DNA from: Yuukianura sp. NJ FZ-2021
Lineage: Eukaryota
DNA length: 64,000 nt
Reading direction: 5' to 3'
NCBI GenBank assembly: GCA_046563655.1
Contig: CM102287.1
Coordinates: 7,626,001-7,690,000 of the forward strand
Shown: piece after piece, positions 1 through 17,535 of the stretch
How the letters are laid out: every line of letters begins with the position of its first letter
Position numbering within the stretch: position 1 is the stretch's first letter
Translations under genes and position numbers: made by a program
Notes under the pieces: model-generated
What the model saw: the letters and a program-made list of their open reading frames with translations, nothing else
Database searches by the model: none
Told to the model about the DNA's origin: nothing

Positions 1-1804
1 TTTAACTTTTGTTTCGTCCTTTTTTCAACTGCTTACCTCGTAAAGCTTCCTACAGACGAAACACTCCCTGCCAATTTCGAACAATTCATTGGGTTTGCCA
101 TACAAGTCAGATGGCATGTCCCGTTCAAGCTTGTTCTCCACTAATACTGAAGCCGGCCCACTCAGAGCACTAGCGACGCGACTACAGTTGGCCTTCGTTA
201 TATTCCCGTTTGTTTTGTTAAGTTGTTCCTCATTTTTGCCATCAGTTGCCTCGTTGCTAGCCGACGAGTTTGGATTTGGAGAATCCAAACGTCGTACGCT
301 TCTTCGTGGGCTCGTTCGTCTAGTTGTTTGTAAATCGTCTTGATTTTCATCCGAATTCTGAGCATTATTTGAAACATTAGGGGTTGTTTCAATGTCTGAA
401 GATCGAGTTCGACGCCCTTCAGCGTTTGCGGTGAATCCACTTGGGCTAACTCTTCTGGATTTCTTGGCAGATTCAACCGCTGAAAAACCAATTCAGAATT
501 GATCAAAAGTTACTTTATACCTAAGTTAAAGTTTGCAATAACTAGAAAGTATAAAAGTAATCAGTGTTACATGATTCGCTCGGACTTCGACTTTGAATAG
601 ATCGCTTGCACTTGGGCCCGGGACGACGGCCTGGACGTTTTTGAGTAAATCGTTCCGGTGAGAGTTCCTTTTCCACAGATTCCTGTCTATTTTTGTCATG
701 CTCCAAGCTTTTCATTTCTTCTTCATCCTTTTGCGTAACTGGAAGTACTTTTTCAGAATCTGACGACGAGGATGACGAAGTTGGAGTACTTGCGATCTTA
801 GACTTTACAATAGTTGATTCACTGCTGGTAGTAATTGTTGGTGTTGGTGTATCCTTCTTGGAATCAGCTGATTTATTAATGGAGTTGACGAGACTTTTTA
901 TCTTCTCCAGTTCAACTTCTCTTCCCTTTCCGTTCGCAGTTGTTTTACTTTGTTGTTCGACTTTTGAGGTTGAAGTAGATTTTTCACTGAAATTATTCTG
1001 TTCCGCAGTAACTTTCGAGTCAGACCCAGCTTCACTTCCGCCTTCCGATCCTGCAAATGAACTTGACATGCTTTGATGAAAACTATCTTTAGAATCAGCA
1101 GAAGTATTCCCTGCTCTCAACTCTGGAACTGGAGGCACGTCGTCGTCTGAACCCTGACCAAAACTGTCGCAGTAGTACATAATTGTGGAGATATCTCTAG
1201 CCTCTCCATCAACACTAATACTGGGCACATTGACTTGGAAATACACCAGAAGATCCTTGAGAAGTTCCGCATCTTCCAATGAAGTGATATTGACAAATCC
1301 GTAGTACATGAATTGAACAAGTAGAAACATTTCTTCTACTTTGAAATCCGGCAAGATAACGGTCCTTACTCCAAAATAATTATTTTCCTGGAATTGAAAC
1401 ATACAATGTCATCTCGCATGGCCTTTGATCTGATTTGATTCGATATTCGGAATACTTTACCTGAGACAGGAACACATTTTTGAATACTGTAGAGTTTGCG
1501 GCTAGAAGCGGTCCATGCACGGGAATGCTTCCATCAGTACACATCAAATGGGTGTCCGTCGTCTTCGACAGCCCTTCAACTTGCTGTAATTCCTGAACTC
1601 CATTCCAAAAGCTCTGGAGATTCGTACGCTCTAAAAGAAAATCATGATCACGTTACTAACCCGTCACCCGGCCATAACTATAATAGAACAGGAATTTACC
1701 GTTGTCCTCTACTATGTTTTTCTATGAACAATATTAAATAATTACAAAACTCCAGTTATTTGTGAATAGGCCGACTTACTTTTCATCACTGATAGGGGTG
1801 GCAT
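1..1804 (-). CDS. BTB/POZ-domain protein, probably BTB-zinc finger; multi-exon, 3' end runs off the window
   Basis: Spliced exons 1461-1630 and ~560-1390 give TDTHLMCTDGSIPVHGPLLAANSTVFKNVF...VILPDFKVEEMFLLVQFMYYG, a BTB pattern. A Ser/Glu-rich linker and AT-hook-like KRPGRRPGP follow, with CFVCRK near the window edge. Probable ATG at 1804. Confidence 0.75.
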
Positions 1805-2704
1805 ATTGCTCAGTTTGTTTTACACCTTGTGACAGAAAATGAACGTGACTCCACTTTCCAATCTCGACAAAGAAACAGTATCCAGCAGCAGATCAGGGAA
1901 GATTAGACGTCTGGTATCAAATAAAAAAGTAATAATCAAAACCCGCTGCATGTATAGTGCAATATTCGAGTAAATCAATTAGTAAATATGCAATAACTAA
2001 CCGATAATCGCAATTACCATCGCCTCGATATGAACAGATCGGTAAATTGAGGTTAATAATAATCTCTCTAATGAAATGAATGGAGTCTCGAATTTAAAAG
2101 TAAACAATGAGAAAACACAAATCTCCCACCCAAGCAAGCACACATTCAGTTTGACATACACGCAGCGATACGTTAATAAATGTTTGCCCAATAAGAAATA
2201 CGCTACAAGCAAACCAAACGACAATCGAAGAAATAACTGTAAGGTTATGTTAATGATTTACTACTCAATATTTAGCATTGAAAGACAAAATATCTAGCAT
2301 AAATCGAATCAATGATGAGGATTTATGAAGATTCACATTGGACCACCACCGTGTTCAACACACGCCTGCTACACGGGGGATCTTGCTTACAAAAAATTGC
2401 TAAGTTTAATTGAATTATTAATCACCTCATAAACTAAAGTTATAAAAGTATTCTAATTATCACCTAATTCGTTTTTATATTAAGTTTTCGCAACTTTTGC
2501 ATTGATTAGTTTCTAATTTTGTTATTTTTCCCAACTCCGATGTGGGTGGCGGCCACAGGGAATGTGGAAGGAATTCAAAAAATTGCATAACCCTTCCAGC
2601 CCGTCATTCATTCCATGCCATCCCGCCATCATCTCCTCCTAGGTAATTTCTCAATTTTAGTTCTTATCAATTGTGTAATCGTTTGTTTGTGGGTACTGAC
2701 GAAA

Positions 2705-4107
2705 ATGTGTCCAAGTGTTAGCAGTTGGCAACCTGGGAACCTGCATCAACGAAGACATGATCGTTCACTGTTTAGAAAAGAAGCGGTCATAAAGCTTTAT
2801 CGTTGTGACGATGTCGTCAACCTTCGTCGCAGGCACAACAGTAGTCGCTCTAGGATGCCAGTGGTCATAGACAAGGAGATTGTTGTTAAAGTGTCTCGTT
2901 GTGACGATAATATTACTGCTCACCGTCGGCCTCGTTTTGATCCCTCGATGCTAAAACAACTGGTTATCAGGCTTACTCGCTGCGACGACGTTAATCAAGG
3001 TCAAAAGCCTGTAGTAGCGGATTACGGCCTAACAAACGTAACAGCACCTTCCGACATCAACCTTGGGAGCCGGAAACACGATTTGCAAGAAATTGAGCAA
3101 CAGGATGCGGGCTTGAAAGGAGAAGACGAGCCTCCGCAAAAGCGATTTTGTTCAATTGCTCCGATCGTAAAAGAAATTGAAGATGAAACCAAGCTAGAGT
3201 GAGCCATTTAAAATAATGTAGAAATTCGAAAACTTCACGAATACGTGCATCACTTGATTTATGAGAATTCGCTTAATGAAATGACCGTACATGATTTTCG
3301 ATTTGTTCCAGGGTTCTTGCTAGCGCCATGGAATTGGATACCGAGGTGAATTCAAGATTCGACTGCTACCTCAATTCGGGACTGGACTTCAAAACTGTTC
3401 GTAGCGTAAGACGAACTCCCACAGCGGAAGAGTATAACGTCGTTGCAATACCGTTTCAAAGTTATAATTCATATTTTCGTTTCGTTCCACAGCTTATGCA
3501 ACTATTCGCTGAAAAACCAGTCGACGCCACTTGTGTTTGGGCAGTCTGCGATCTGGTGAAGGGCTACGTCGAGGACATTATGGATGCAGGTAAGAACGGT
3601 AACTCTATGGTCAAGTGGTTCCATGCCATTGTTTCAAATGAATTGTTTCAAACACGAATTGTTTCGAAAGCCTAATTTTCATACCTAAACCTACCCTAAC
3701 TTACATAACTAACCTAAACTTAATTATTCTAATCCAAATTAACCTAATCTAAGCCTTAAACCCTAAACAACTGGTGTTTCGAAGCAATTATTTTTTCGAA
3801 ACAATGGCGTGCTCCCGGTCAAGTGAATCGGAGAAAATGAAATTGAGTCTTAATCGGTTTAAAATGCTGTCGCGTAGCTTTGCAGTATCAACAACATTGG
3901 GAAGAGAGTGGCCCAGTTTCTCCAGAAGCCATAATGGCTGCCACCCTTCAGCTACAAATCGAAGAAAACGTTCGAAATACGGCAGCGGAATCGGGAACAG
4001 CCACTAAAGAAATACTAGAATCAGGAACAGCCACTGCAGAAACACCATACTTAATAGGAACAACCACTGCAGACGCAGAGGCAGCAGCCGCAGTCGCAAT
4101 TCAATGA
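2705..4107 (+). CDS. Divergent TAF11 (TAFII28)-like histone-fold protein with N-terminal triple repeat; exons 2705-3198, 3312-3405, 3493-3589, 3878-4107
   Basis: Removing the in-frame 87-nt GT-AG intron 3406-3492 gives KLEVLASAMELDTEVNSRFDCYLNSGLDFKTVRSLMQLFAEKPVDATCVWAVCDLVKGYVEDIMDAALQYQQHWEESGPVSPEAIMAATLQL. This aligns by eye with the TAF11 histone fold (KMQILVSSF..EQLNRYE.YRRSAF.K..IKRLIQ...K.FVGEVVEEALDV.EKWGE..PL.PKHMREA). All splice phases are consistent. Confidence 0.7.
3617..3815. mobile_element. ~200-bp MITE with GG...CC termini and a 9-bp TSD (Mutator/Merlin-like), in intron 3 of the TAF11-like gene
   Basis: TIRs GGTTCCATGCCATTGTTTC / GAAACAATGGCGTGCTCC, subterminal ATTGTTTC(G/A)AA repeats, central degenerate (AACCT)n tract, and flanking tggtcaagt (3608-3616) / cggtcaagt (3816-3824). 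Confidence 0.7.
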
Positions 4108-4361
4108 ACATCCACGCTATTACTGCGGTTACGAAACTTATACCTAGCTTTTACCGTAGCTTTTTAGTGGTATTAGTAGCGACTTTATATTTCTCTGGAC
4201 TTTATTCTTAGATGAATTTGTTTATAGTTTTGACGCAATTCCTATTTAGTTTAGTTTATTGATAATTTCCTTGCGCGTTAGAATCTAATTATAATTTTCC
4301 AAGTAAAATTCAAATTAAAACAGAATTTAAGAATCCGGGCACATACTAGACAACATTATAA

Positions 4362-5633
4362 TTATTTCCCTACAGAAGAGAGATGTCGACTTTCCTGGAC
4401 CCTGAGAACAACTGGAACACTCATGCAAGGCAGAATGTCAACGTCAGTGATAACTGCTGTGACGAGTTCAGGCGGAGTCAAGTCGTACTTGATCACTGGC
4501 GTAAGCAGTACACCTTCTCTCTGCAAATTGCCAATGACTTGTTGATCTTCATCTGGTCCACTGCTGCCATTTCCCTTGAGACTCTGCACCTTCCCGAATC
4601 CATATCCAAGTTCATTGTGAAAAAACGAATCTGTTGGTGACTTGTCACAAAACTTGTACGTTTCACAGCAAACCAATACGGGGATGTTATGAGCCGAGGC
4701 CATGAGTGCAATCTGAGCCGTTCCGACGTGGGCCAGCACTCCGCCGTTGGTTAGTAGTGCATGAGCTCCAAGAAATACTTTCGTTACAGTGTGGATGATA
4801 CTGCTAAGGCCAGTGATTGACGTATAAGTTAGAGAACTGACGACGTCTTCGTCCAGACCACTGACAACCTCCAATCCTTTTCCTTTACGCTCGTGCGCTA
4901 ACGGACGATCTCCGACCACGACGAGTGAAAACTTGAGTGTTCCTAGTTTGCTGACAGCCACTAATACGTCGGAAATGACTTCGGAGTAGCCGTAAACCAA
5001 TATTGTATCCCCGTCCCGGATTTTGTCAATTGACTTTTCGATAATTGCTTCCTTTGCTTTGATGATTCCCTCGAGATAGTCATTTAGAGCATCCGTCCAC
5101 TCGGCCTTGATGACAGTTTCGCTCAGTTCCAGGCTCTCCGAAGTACCATGACACTTGGAATTGAAGTATTCGATGGCATTATCCATAGATACGGCAAATG
5201 GACGACACTTTTTCAAAAAATTCAAATTAATCTTTAACTGTGTGGCGAATGCATGCCGAAAATCCTTTCCTTCCAGCGTCACGAACTTTCGAATGTATTC
5301 TGTCAGCGTACGAAGAAGAGCAATGCAGCGCTGATTTGAGCCTTGAATGACACCATTGGAGTACTTGAGTCCAAGGGCGTAGAAAAGGGGATCAACTCCA
5401 GTGTGGTCCGAGATAGAAGGACCGAATAGGCTAATCGATTCTACTGATTGAGGTACATAGTCAAACAGCGTTTGAACTTTTGACTGCGATTCGGATATTA
5501 AACGCTTCGGTGGTAATCCGCTGACTGCGCTGCCGGGCTTCCTTGCTTGCCCTGGGGTTGGAGATGTTCTGGATTCTTTAGGTGGGGACTTGGCTTTGTC
5601 ATTTGACACTTCCGAAGCAGCAGAGGATGTCAT
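4362..5633 (-). CDS. eIF2B4: Translation initiation factor eIF2B subunit delta, intronless CDS, 423 aa
   Basis: Motifs GSNQRCIALL, CRPFAVSMDNA, VFLGAHALLTNG, GTAQIALMA, VLVCCETYKF, YDLTPPELVTAVIT and SVPVVLR. Confidence 0.93.
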   Translation of the reverse strand: MTSSAASEVSNDKAKSPPKESRTSPTPGQARKPGSAVSGLPPKRLISESQSKVQTLFDYVPQSVESISLFGPSISDHTGVDPLFYALGLKYSNGVIQGSNQRCIALLRTLTEYIRKFVTLEGKDFRHAFATQLKINLNFLKKCRPFAVSMDNAIEYFNSKCHGTSESLELSETVIKAEWTDALNDYLEGIIKAKEAIIEKSIDKIRDGDTILVYGYSEVISDVLVAVSKLGTLKFSLVVVGDRPLAHERKGKGLEVVSGLDEDVVSSLTYTSITGLSSIIHTVTKVFLGAHALLTNGGVLAHVGTAQIALMASAHNIPVLVCCETYKFCDKSPTDSFFHNELGYGFGKVQSLKGNGSSGPDEDQQVIGNLQREGVLLTPVIKYDLTPPELVTAVITDVDILPCMSVPVVLRVQESRHLSSVGK

Positions 5634-6612
5634 TCTTATTTAGCTAGGAATCAATCCGGAAACTGAAAAATCGTGATGGATTTTCTCTCTCTTGTACTCT
5701 GATATTGGTTATCTAGAGACAATTCAAAATAATTAAAATAGTACTGTATAATTTTGTCTTTCTCTGGGAAATCCTTTCTTTATAGGTAGCTTCATAATAC
5801 AAAATTTTTGTCTTACGGGAGCGGACTTCAGAAACAAGAAGCTGCGCTGAAACTGAAAGGTCAACCTTGAATTACGTAATTCACTTTCCCAGGTCGAATG
5901 ATACAACTTCTATTTGTATCTAAGATTTAATTAGTTAATTATAATCAGAAAACTTTAGGAAAACGAAAAACAAATCTTTTTGAATTGAAATTGAGAATAT
6001 GGTTTCGGTTTGATAAATACTAAAAAAAATCCAATGTTCTCAAAAATGAAAGAAATCTCGGTTGAGGTAAGGATTAACAACCGCCAGTTACCGTAGCCTG
6101 ACAATGTAAGTTCGTCTATAAGTTCCCACGCAAATTCTTCGTCACTTCGAGTAGATATTTTCAATGTTTTTTTTTACAATAATAATGAAAAACGATAAGA
6201 AAATTAAATAGCTTCGTCATTTTTAGTAATCCGAAATTAAAAAGTCAAACTTAATTAAGAAAACATGAATTTAAAAACTCTTTTTTGAGAAGAACGGGCA
6301 TCTTTCAATATTTTAATTGCAAATATTTTATTGGACGTCCACAGTTAACTTGTAAATGCCACCATTATTAAGGCTTATCTTCGGAATCAGTATTGAAATT
6401 ACTAGAAATAGGTTTTTCAATGGAAAATACACAATGAATCGAAATCCCTATGAAAATTGATGCTGAAAATAAGTTAACAAAAGCATAGAGTTAACAACAC
6501 TTCAAGACTTTAACTTTTAAGGTAGAAGCTTGACTTGTGGTTTTTTAAAAAAAAAACTACTTTTAGAAAGAAAAAACTGTTCTATCGTCGGAATGAGAAG
6601 TTTTTCGAAATG

Positions 6613-11510
<4,898 letters not shown>

Positions 11511-13136
11511 TGAGGTCACTTTACTCTAACAAATTAACTAAAACTTAAAGCTGGGACGGTTGGAGACGTTACCATTGTCTGTGTCAGTCAACAACCTTCA
11601 ACGTCAATACTCACTAAAAGTCTAAGCTGAAAACAGCTGTTTGAGCAAATTTTCTTAGCAGTCATCAAAAAACAAAAAGAATTGAGCCAGCACATTCACT
11701 ACAAAACGCAAGAATCTTAAACAATTAACGCCCAATTAAAATTTAATCAGTGTACTAATTTCATCTCCAATGATTTGGAACTTATTTATGTAAAATCGTG
11801 CTCGTGCAAAGCGCAAATGCTCGTGCGTCATTTGAGAAATTTGTTTTGTTTATGTTTACTGTTTACACGCTGACGTCTCCGCATTTGATTCATGTTTTTT
11901 TTCCCACAAGCCGATAAGTCGCGTTTGTTGTTTACTATGTTGAGGTTTCTCGTTTATGTCAAATCCAGTTAACGTACAGTAGTAATTTGTAGCGTAGTTT
12001 GAAAAATAGTGACAACGGTTACGGTAGAGAAAGTTGTGACATTGAAACAATTAACATTGCAATCATGATTTAGTAAATTCATGGGAAAGGAATGATTACA
12101 TTTCCTAATTGTTATTTTATTACACAAGTAAAAGTGAAACGATTGATTGCGGAAACATCGTAAACAACTAACGATAACCAGAACCACATGAGCTATGATA
12201 CTGTAGGCTACAATTTGTAATTGACTGACGAGCTTTCAAGTTCATTTCGTTTATGTAATGAAATATTATTGCCAAACGCAGCCAACCAGGAAATGGAAAC
12301 ATGAGTCATAAAATTCGAAAGTACAAATACTGGAATTTGTCTGAAAGCACAAAGCATTTTTCTTAGAATGACAAAAAGAAATGTGTTAGATCAGATGCCA
12401 AGATATTTTACCAATCTATTACGTTCAATGAAATTAATTGCCTTTGAATTCTAAAAAAACACAACAACAAAATCTACAACTTCTACAATTCTTTGAGAAA
12501 AAAAAACATTTTTACACAGTTTTCAATACGCATTTGAGGTCTGAACTCAACGCAGCTCCCAGCATCTTTTTACCTTGATTGACAAATGTAAAATTTTGTG
12601 AAATGTGAAATTGAAATTGAATGAATGAATTGAATTTCAGCAACATTGGATATTGTACTGACATGAAGTAAGCAATTATTCATATCATGCTGAAGATCGT
12701 ATTGGCAGATCACTTCGGGAAGTTTATTTCTGTCGACAGTGACGCAACTCTTCCAAGATTCCTTTTCTGTTGAAAAGCTTTTTTAAAATGCATCAAGATG
12801 ATCTTGGCTTTGGCCAAATTCGCTCGTCACAAATGCTATAATACCTTCGCGTTCCCATTTTTTGCACAAGTCTTCAAACCGAGGTTACCCACTTCGGATC
12901 CCTCCCACAGTTTTTACTTCCGCTTGCTCAAAGTCCTTGTGCTAAATCAATACAGCGCTGAACAGAAGGCAGACGATGCAAAAAGTAGTGCAAAAGTGGA
13001 ACACGAGTCTGTAGTAAACACGTAGTGCCTGTAAAAGTTCCGTAAACTCACGATTCAGTGGCCTTTCCTTTGTCAATTCATGGAAATTGGCAAAACTATT
13101 TAGTCCAAGGGGCCTTGACCCCTTGGTTCCTACAAA

Positions 13137-14660
13137 ATGCTGCCAAATACACTTGTAGGCCCACTGCGTAGTGTCATTGTGTATAATAGACGGAAAATAT
13201 ATTTGGACAACGTAGTGTTCCGTACGCACTATGTTTGGTAAAAGTTTTTCGAAATTTTGATTCTTTTTGTTGAAAATATTTCGTAATTCTGCGTAAGTTC
13301 GGTTCAACGCCTTAAGCAGTCAAATTGACAGATTAGCTGTGAAAATCTTTGACAGGATTGTGTAAAATTGATTAATCGATTATTTGGAACTTTTTATCGA
13401 TTAAATGCATTCTGTTTACTTTCAGGACTGTGGTTGTTCTTGTAGCTTGTTCCATTCTTATAACCTCAAAGTTATACATTGGTGACCCCATCAACTGCAT
13501 GTCATCGGGCGATATCAAAGCAATTGCTGACCAGTATTGCTTCATTCACTCTACTTTTACTAAGGGAAAACTGGAGAAAGGCCGTTGGATCTACGAACCA
13601 ATCAAAGAGAACGAAATCCATCCTGGAGTTCAGCCAGAGGTCAAAGGTCAAGAAATCATTTACCACACGTACTACCAATGGGTCTGGATTTTCCTAGGCT
13701 TCCAAGCTATTCTCTTTTTCTATCCACACTGGGTTTGGGAAAAAGCTGAAGGGGGCAGAATCAAAATGCTTGTTGGGGACTTAAATCTGCCGATGTTGGG
13801 AGATGAAAAGAAAATGAAACAAAGAGCAAAAATTATTTGGTATTTCAAGCCCAATCGAGGTGAATTTTTAATTAACTTTTCTAAAACTGGAAAAACTGTG
13901 AAAATCGGTAAATGTGTTCTGATTTGTTAGGGCATCACACCAGGTATGCCCTTTGGCACTTCTTCTGTGAAATCCTGAACTTGGTTAACATATTGACCAA
14001 CATCTACCTTACAGACTACTTCCTGAATTACGAATTTTCGAAATATGGACTCAAGCTTTTCTACATGACACAAATGCGACCATACATGAGGGACGACGCT
14101 CTAGCAAGAATATTTCCAACAGTAACGGCATGTCGCATTTCAACTGGCGGAGTAGGATTTGGAATCAACAAGTATGACATCCTCTGTGTCCTACCAATCA
14201 ACATTTTAAACGAAAAAGTCTATGTGTTCCTCTGGTAAGGTCAAAGGTCAAAGGTGTTATGTTCAATTTATGCAAGGTGTACACTAACTTTTACTTTAGG
14301 TTTTGGTTCTGGATCGTCCTGGCACTTTCTGTTCTTGGTCTCATCTATCGCTTCGCTACTTTCCTCATCCCGCCGTTCCGAATTTGGCTAATAAGTCGGA
14401 AAACAAGATTTATGCAGAAGGATGCTGCAGAATCGCTGTGCAAAATTGTCAACTACGGTGACTGGTTCTTAATTTACAAGTTGTCGCAGAACATGGATCC
14501 GGTAGCATATGCTGCTCTTGTCAAAGATCTTATGCAGGATTTCAGTCACTCGGACGTCGAACGTCGCCTGTCACAGCTCGAGCTGCCCCCAAAAGCTCCA
14601 CCGGATAGCCCCAACATTGAATTTGACATGGTTGATTCCAATTCTGCATCTCCTGGATAG
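13137..14660 (+). CDS. Innexin (gap-junction protein)
   Basis: The first exon (absent from the ORF track) is MLPNTLVGPLRSVIVYNRRKIYLDNVVFRTHYVW. Later exons give IGDPINC, YCFIHSTF, YYQWV, FPTVTAC and LCVLPINILNEKVYVFLWFW. Confidence 0.93.
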
Positions 14661-15002
14661 CATAAAGCGATTGCCCAGCCGGGGAAACGTGTAATGTTAA
14701 GACTGCTGCCTCATAAGAAACCTAAACTGAAGATAACTAAAGCAAAATGAAGTAAAACGTAATAACCCGCTAATTCTACCGTGTTCTAATTTTCTATGAA
14801 CCGCTGAAAAATCTTAGCCAAGAACATTGTTGCTTTTTTAACAATATTTTCGATACATTTCAAAATTCCTCTACTGTAAAGGCAGTTTACAAATCGTTAG
14901 AACATACCGCCAACCAGTATTTACTGCGTAGTGAAGAACTTCGATTTAATTCAATTCTAACTCAAAAGGTAGTTAATTTCTGAACACCATCAAAATAATA
15001 CT

Positions 15003-15010
15003 TATCGATA
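15003..15010. promoter_or_regulatory. DRE-type palindrome TATCGATA upstream of SRRM1
   Basis: Exact TATCGATA in the intergenic region ahead of a housekeeping gene; function not shown. Confidence 0.3.
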
Positions 15011-15614
15011 TTCCTCTTTTACCGGCTTTAAAATACTATGTATTCACTTTATGCCACAAAGTTTATGGTGGTAATTTTTACAACAATAATCATGAAAATA
15101 TGATTAGCGATCTAGATAATTAAAAAAAAATGGAATAAAAGCATTGAAACAAAATGGCTTGCCTGTCAGATCGATTGGAGACGAATACAATGTGTTACTT
15201 TTTCGTTTATGTCAACCGAGTTTTTCTCACTGTATTTTTTTGGTGCACACACATTTGAGGTTACATTTTTACATAGCACTCATTTGAATAGAATCAGGAT
15301 CGGATCATCAATCAGGATCAGCTGAAGAAGCAGTAAAGTTAAAAGCACTAAAGTTTTTTTTTAGTATTAAGATTGTAAGGATAAGGAACCGACACTTTAG
15401 TAATTCATCGGTCAAATTACTAACTAAAAGGATAACTTTGAGATCAGACAAGGTAAGATACTCCACTATGCTAAAAGTTACAGAGTCCGCCACGAGCGTA
15501 AAACCTGATTTACTTCTAACATTTTTGGCAGTTGGCAATCAACAACGAAGGATCCTACCCACAGTACTACATATTAATCAGCACTACTACTTACTACTAC
15601 TATTACAGCCGAGG

Positions 15615-17535
15615 ATGGGTGACGCTGGGTATTTTCGGGTAATGCCCCAAGAGATTTATATTCAGTTATCTCTACAAGTACGCTGCGTAAAAAAACACTG
15701 ATGAATGTTGATTGTATGTGTCTTTGATTTTAGGGTACCTCAGCTGAGCAAGATAATCGGTTTAGTGATAAAGAGAAGAAGCTAATGAAGCAAATGAAGT
15801 TTGCAGATTCGACATCTAAAAAGGTAATTGCCGAATTAACTTTTACAGCATGAACATCTGTGTAATTTTCATTGTCTTGCTCTTTGCTCTTGAACAGATT
15901 GACATGAATAAAATAAAGTTGGAAGTGCTAAAGCCATGGATCTCCAACAGAATTATGGAATTACTCGGCATGGAAGATGACGTCCTTGTGGAGTTCGTGT
16001 CAAATCAGTTAGAGGCTGAAAATGTATGTGTCATGTGTTCAAAACTAGGAACTTCATTTGATTGTTGTGGAGTTTGATGGTTTTTGCTTGTTTTCAGTTC
16101 CCGGATGGTCGGCGGATACAAATCAACTTAACGGGTTTCCTCAATGGGAAGAATGCTAGAATATTTACCGGAGAACTCTGGGATCTTCTTCTGTCAGCTC
16201 AAGAGCAGGATTCGGGCATTCCTGCTTCAATTATTGAAGCAAAAAAGGAAGAAATTAAGCAGAGACAGGTACTGGTATCATGAACTACTTTTAGTACTTG
16301 TACTGTAGCTGTTTTCACAAATCAAAACTTAAAAGTTTTTTGTCTTTCTAGGAGGAAAAGCAGAAAGTTAAGGAGACAGTTGAGAGAACACTGGGACATT
16401 TCCTTCCGTCGATTAAGAAAGAACGAGGCTCTTCCCCTTCCGGAAAAGACAAAGACTCAGGCGGAGGAAACGACCATTCTTCAAGTGATTTCAAAAATTC
16501 TAACCGTAGCAGAGACGGGTACGTTTTCATGAACATAGGTAAACAATATCAATGTGATTAATAAAAAGTTGTGATTGTAACTTTGTGCAGCGATCGAGAG
16601 CGTAGGTGGGACCGAGATCGTGATACAGATAAGCAAGGAAGGCAGTACAGGCAACGACCTAGTCGAAGTCGTTCCCGCTCTCCTCAACTCCAGGTTCGTT
16701 TACCATTTACAGTTAATCACATGTTCTCGGAGTTGATTCGTTTGCTTTCTTTGCTCAGACTCCCGTGTTTCTCTTTATAGACGAAGGATCGGAATCGGAA
16801 TTTCGCTGATCGAAACCGTCGCGATAGACGGGGCGAACGGGATGATAGACGCTCAAGTCCAACTCCGCAGCAATTGATTGACGCCGCTAGAGACCGTGAT
16901 CGCCAGGAACGTGAGCGTGAACGGGAACGCGAGCGTGAACGACAAGAACGTGATAGAGATAGACTATACTCAAGGCACCGCGGTGACACCCGGGATGGTA
17001 GAGGTCGCGGTGAAAGTCCTCTACGACGTCGCCAATCTCCGGAACTAGCTCGAGCTCGAAATTGGACTTCAGAAGCAGACGAGAAGGAAAAGAGAAGGAT
17101 AATCGCAGAGCCCAAGATAGTTACAAAGGTAACAATCATCAAGTAAAATATTTTGAACTCTAGTATTAGTATTACTTAGCATAATTTATGTTTTTCGTTT
17201 TCCAGGATGCAGAAAGCAGTTCCGAGTCATCTTCCAGTGCAGAGTCAACGGAGGAACCCGTTGAGCCCAAGAAGAAGAAACGAAGGTCGTCCAGAGAAGA
17301 TTCCTCAGATTCATCCACCCGAAAATCCAAAAAGAGAAAGAAATCCAAGAAAACCAAAAAGCAAAAGAAAACAAAGCAGAAGGAAATGAAAAGTGTAGAA
17401 AGTTCTTCATCTGACGAAGATTCTGAAGGCGGAGGAAACGCAAAAGACCGCGAAGAATTAGAAAGAAGTCTTCGGGAACGCGCTTTAGCCTCCATGAAAA
17501 AACGTCAGGAGAAGGCACAAGAAAGTTCTAACTAA
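15615..17535 (+). CDS. SRRM1: Serine/arginine repetitive matrix protein 1 (SRm160; PWI plus RS domain)
   Basis: MGDAGYFRGTSAEQDNRFSDKEKKLMKQMKF, LKPWISNRIMELLGMEDDV, QINLTGFLNGKNARIF, an RS/RE-rich region and C-terminal LRERALASMK. Confidence 0.92.

Noticed and set aside
5955..6164. 69-aa minus-strand ORF between eIF2B-delta and ABCC
   Set aside because: Non-ATG start, no recognisable motif and no consistent exon chain.
12687..13025. ORFs upstream of the innexin as possible first exons
   Set aside because: The exon at 13137-13237 carries the innexin DNVVFRTHY motif and the correct splice phase; the others do not.
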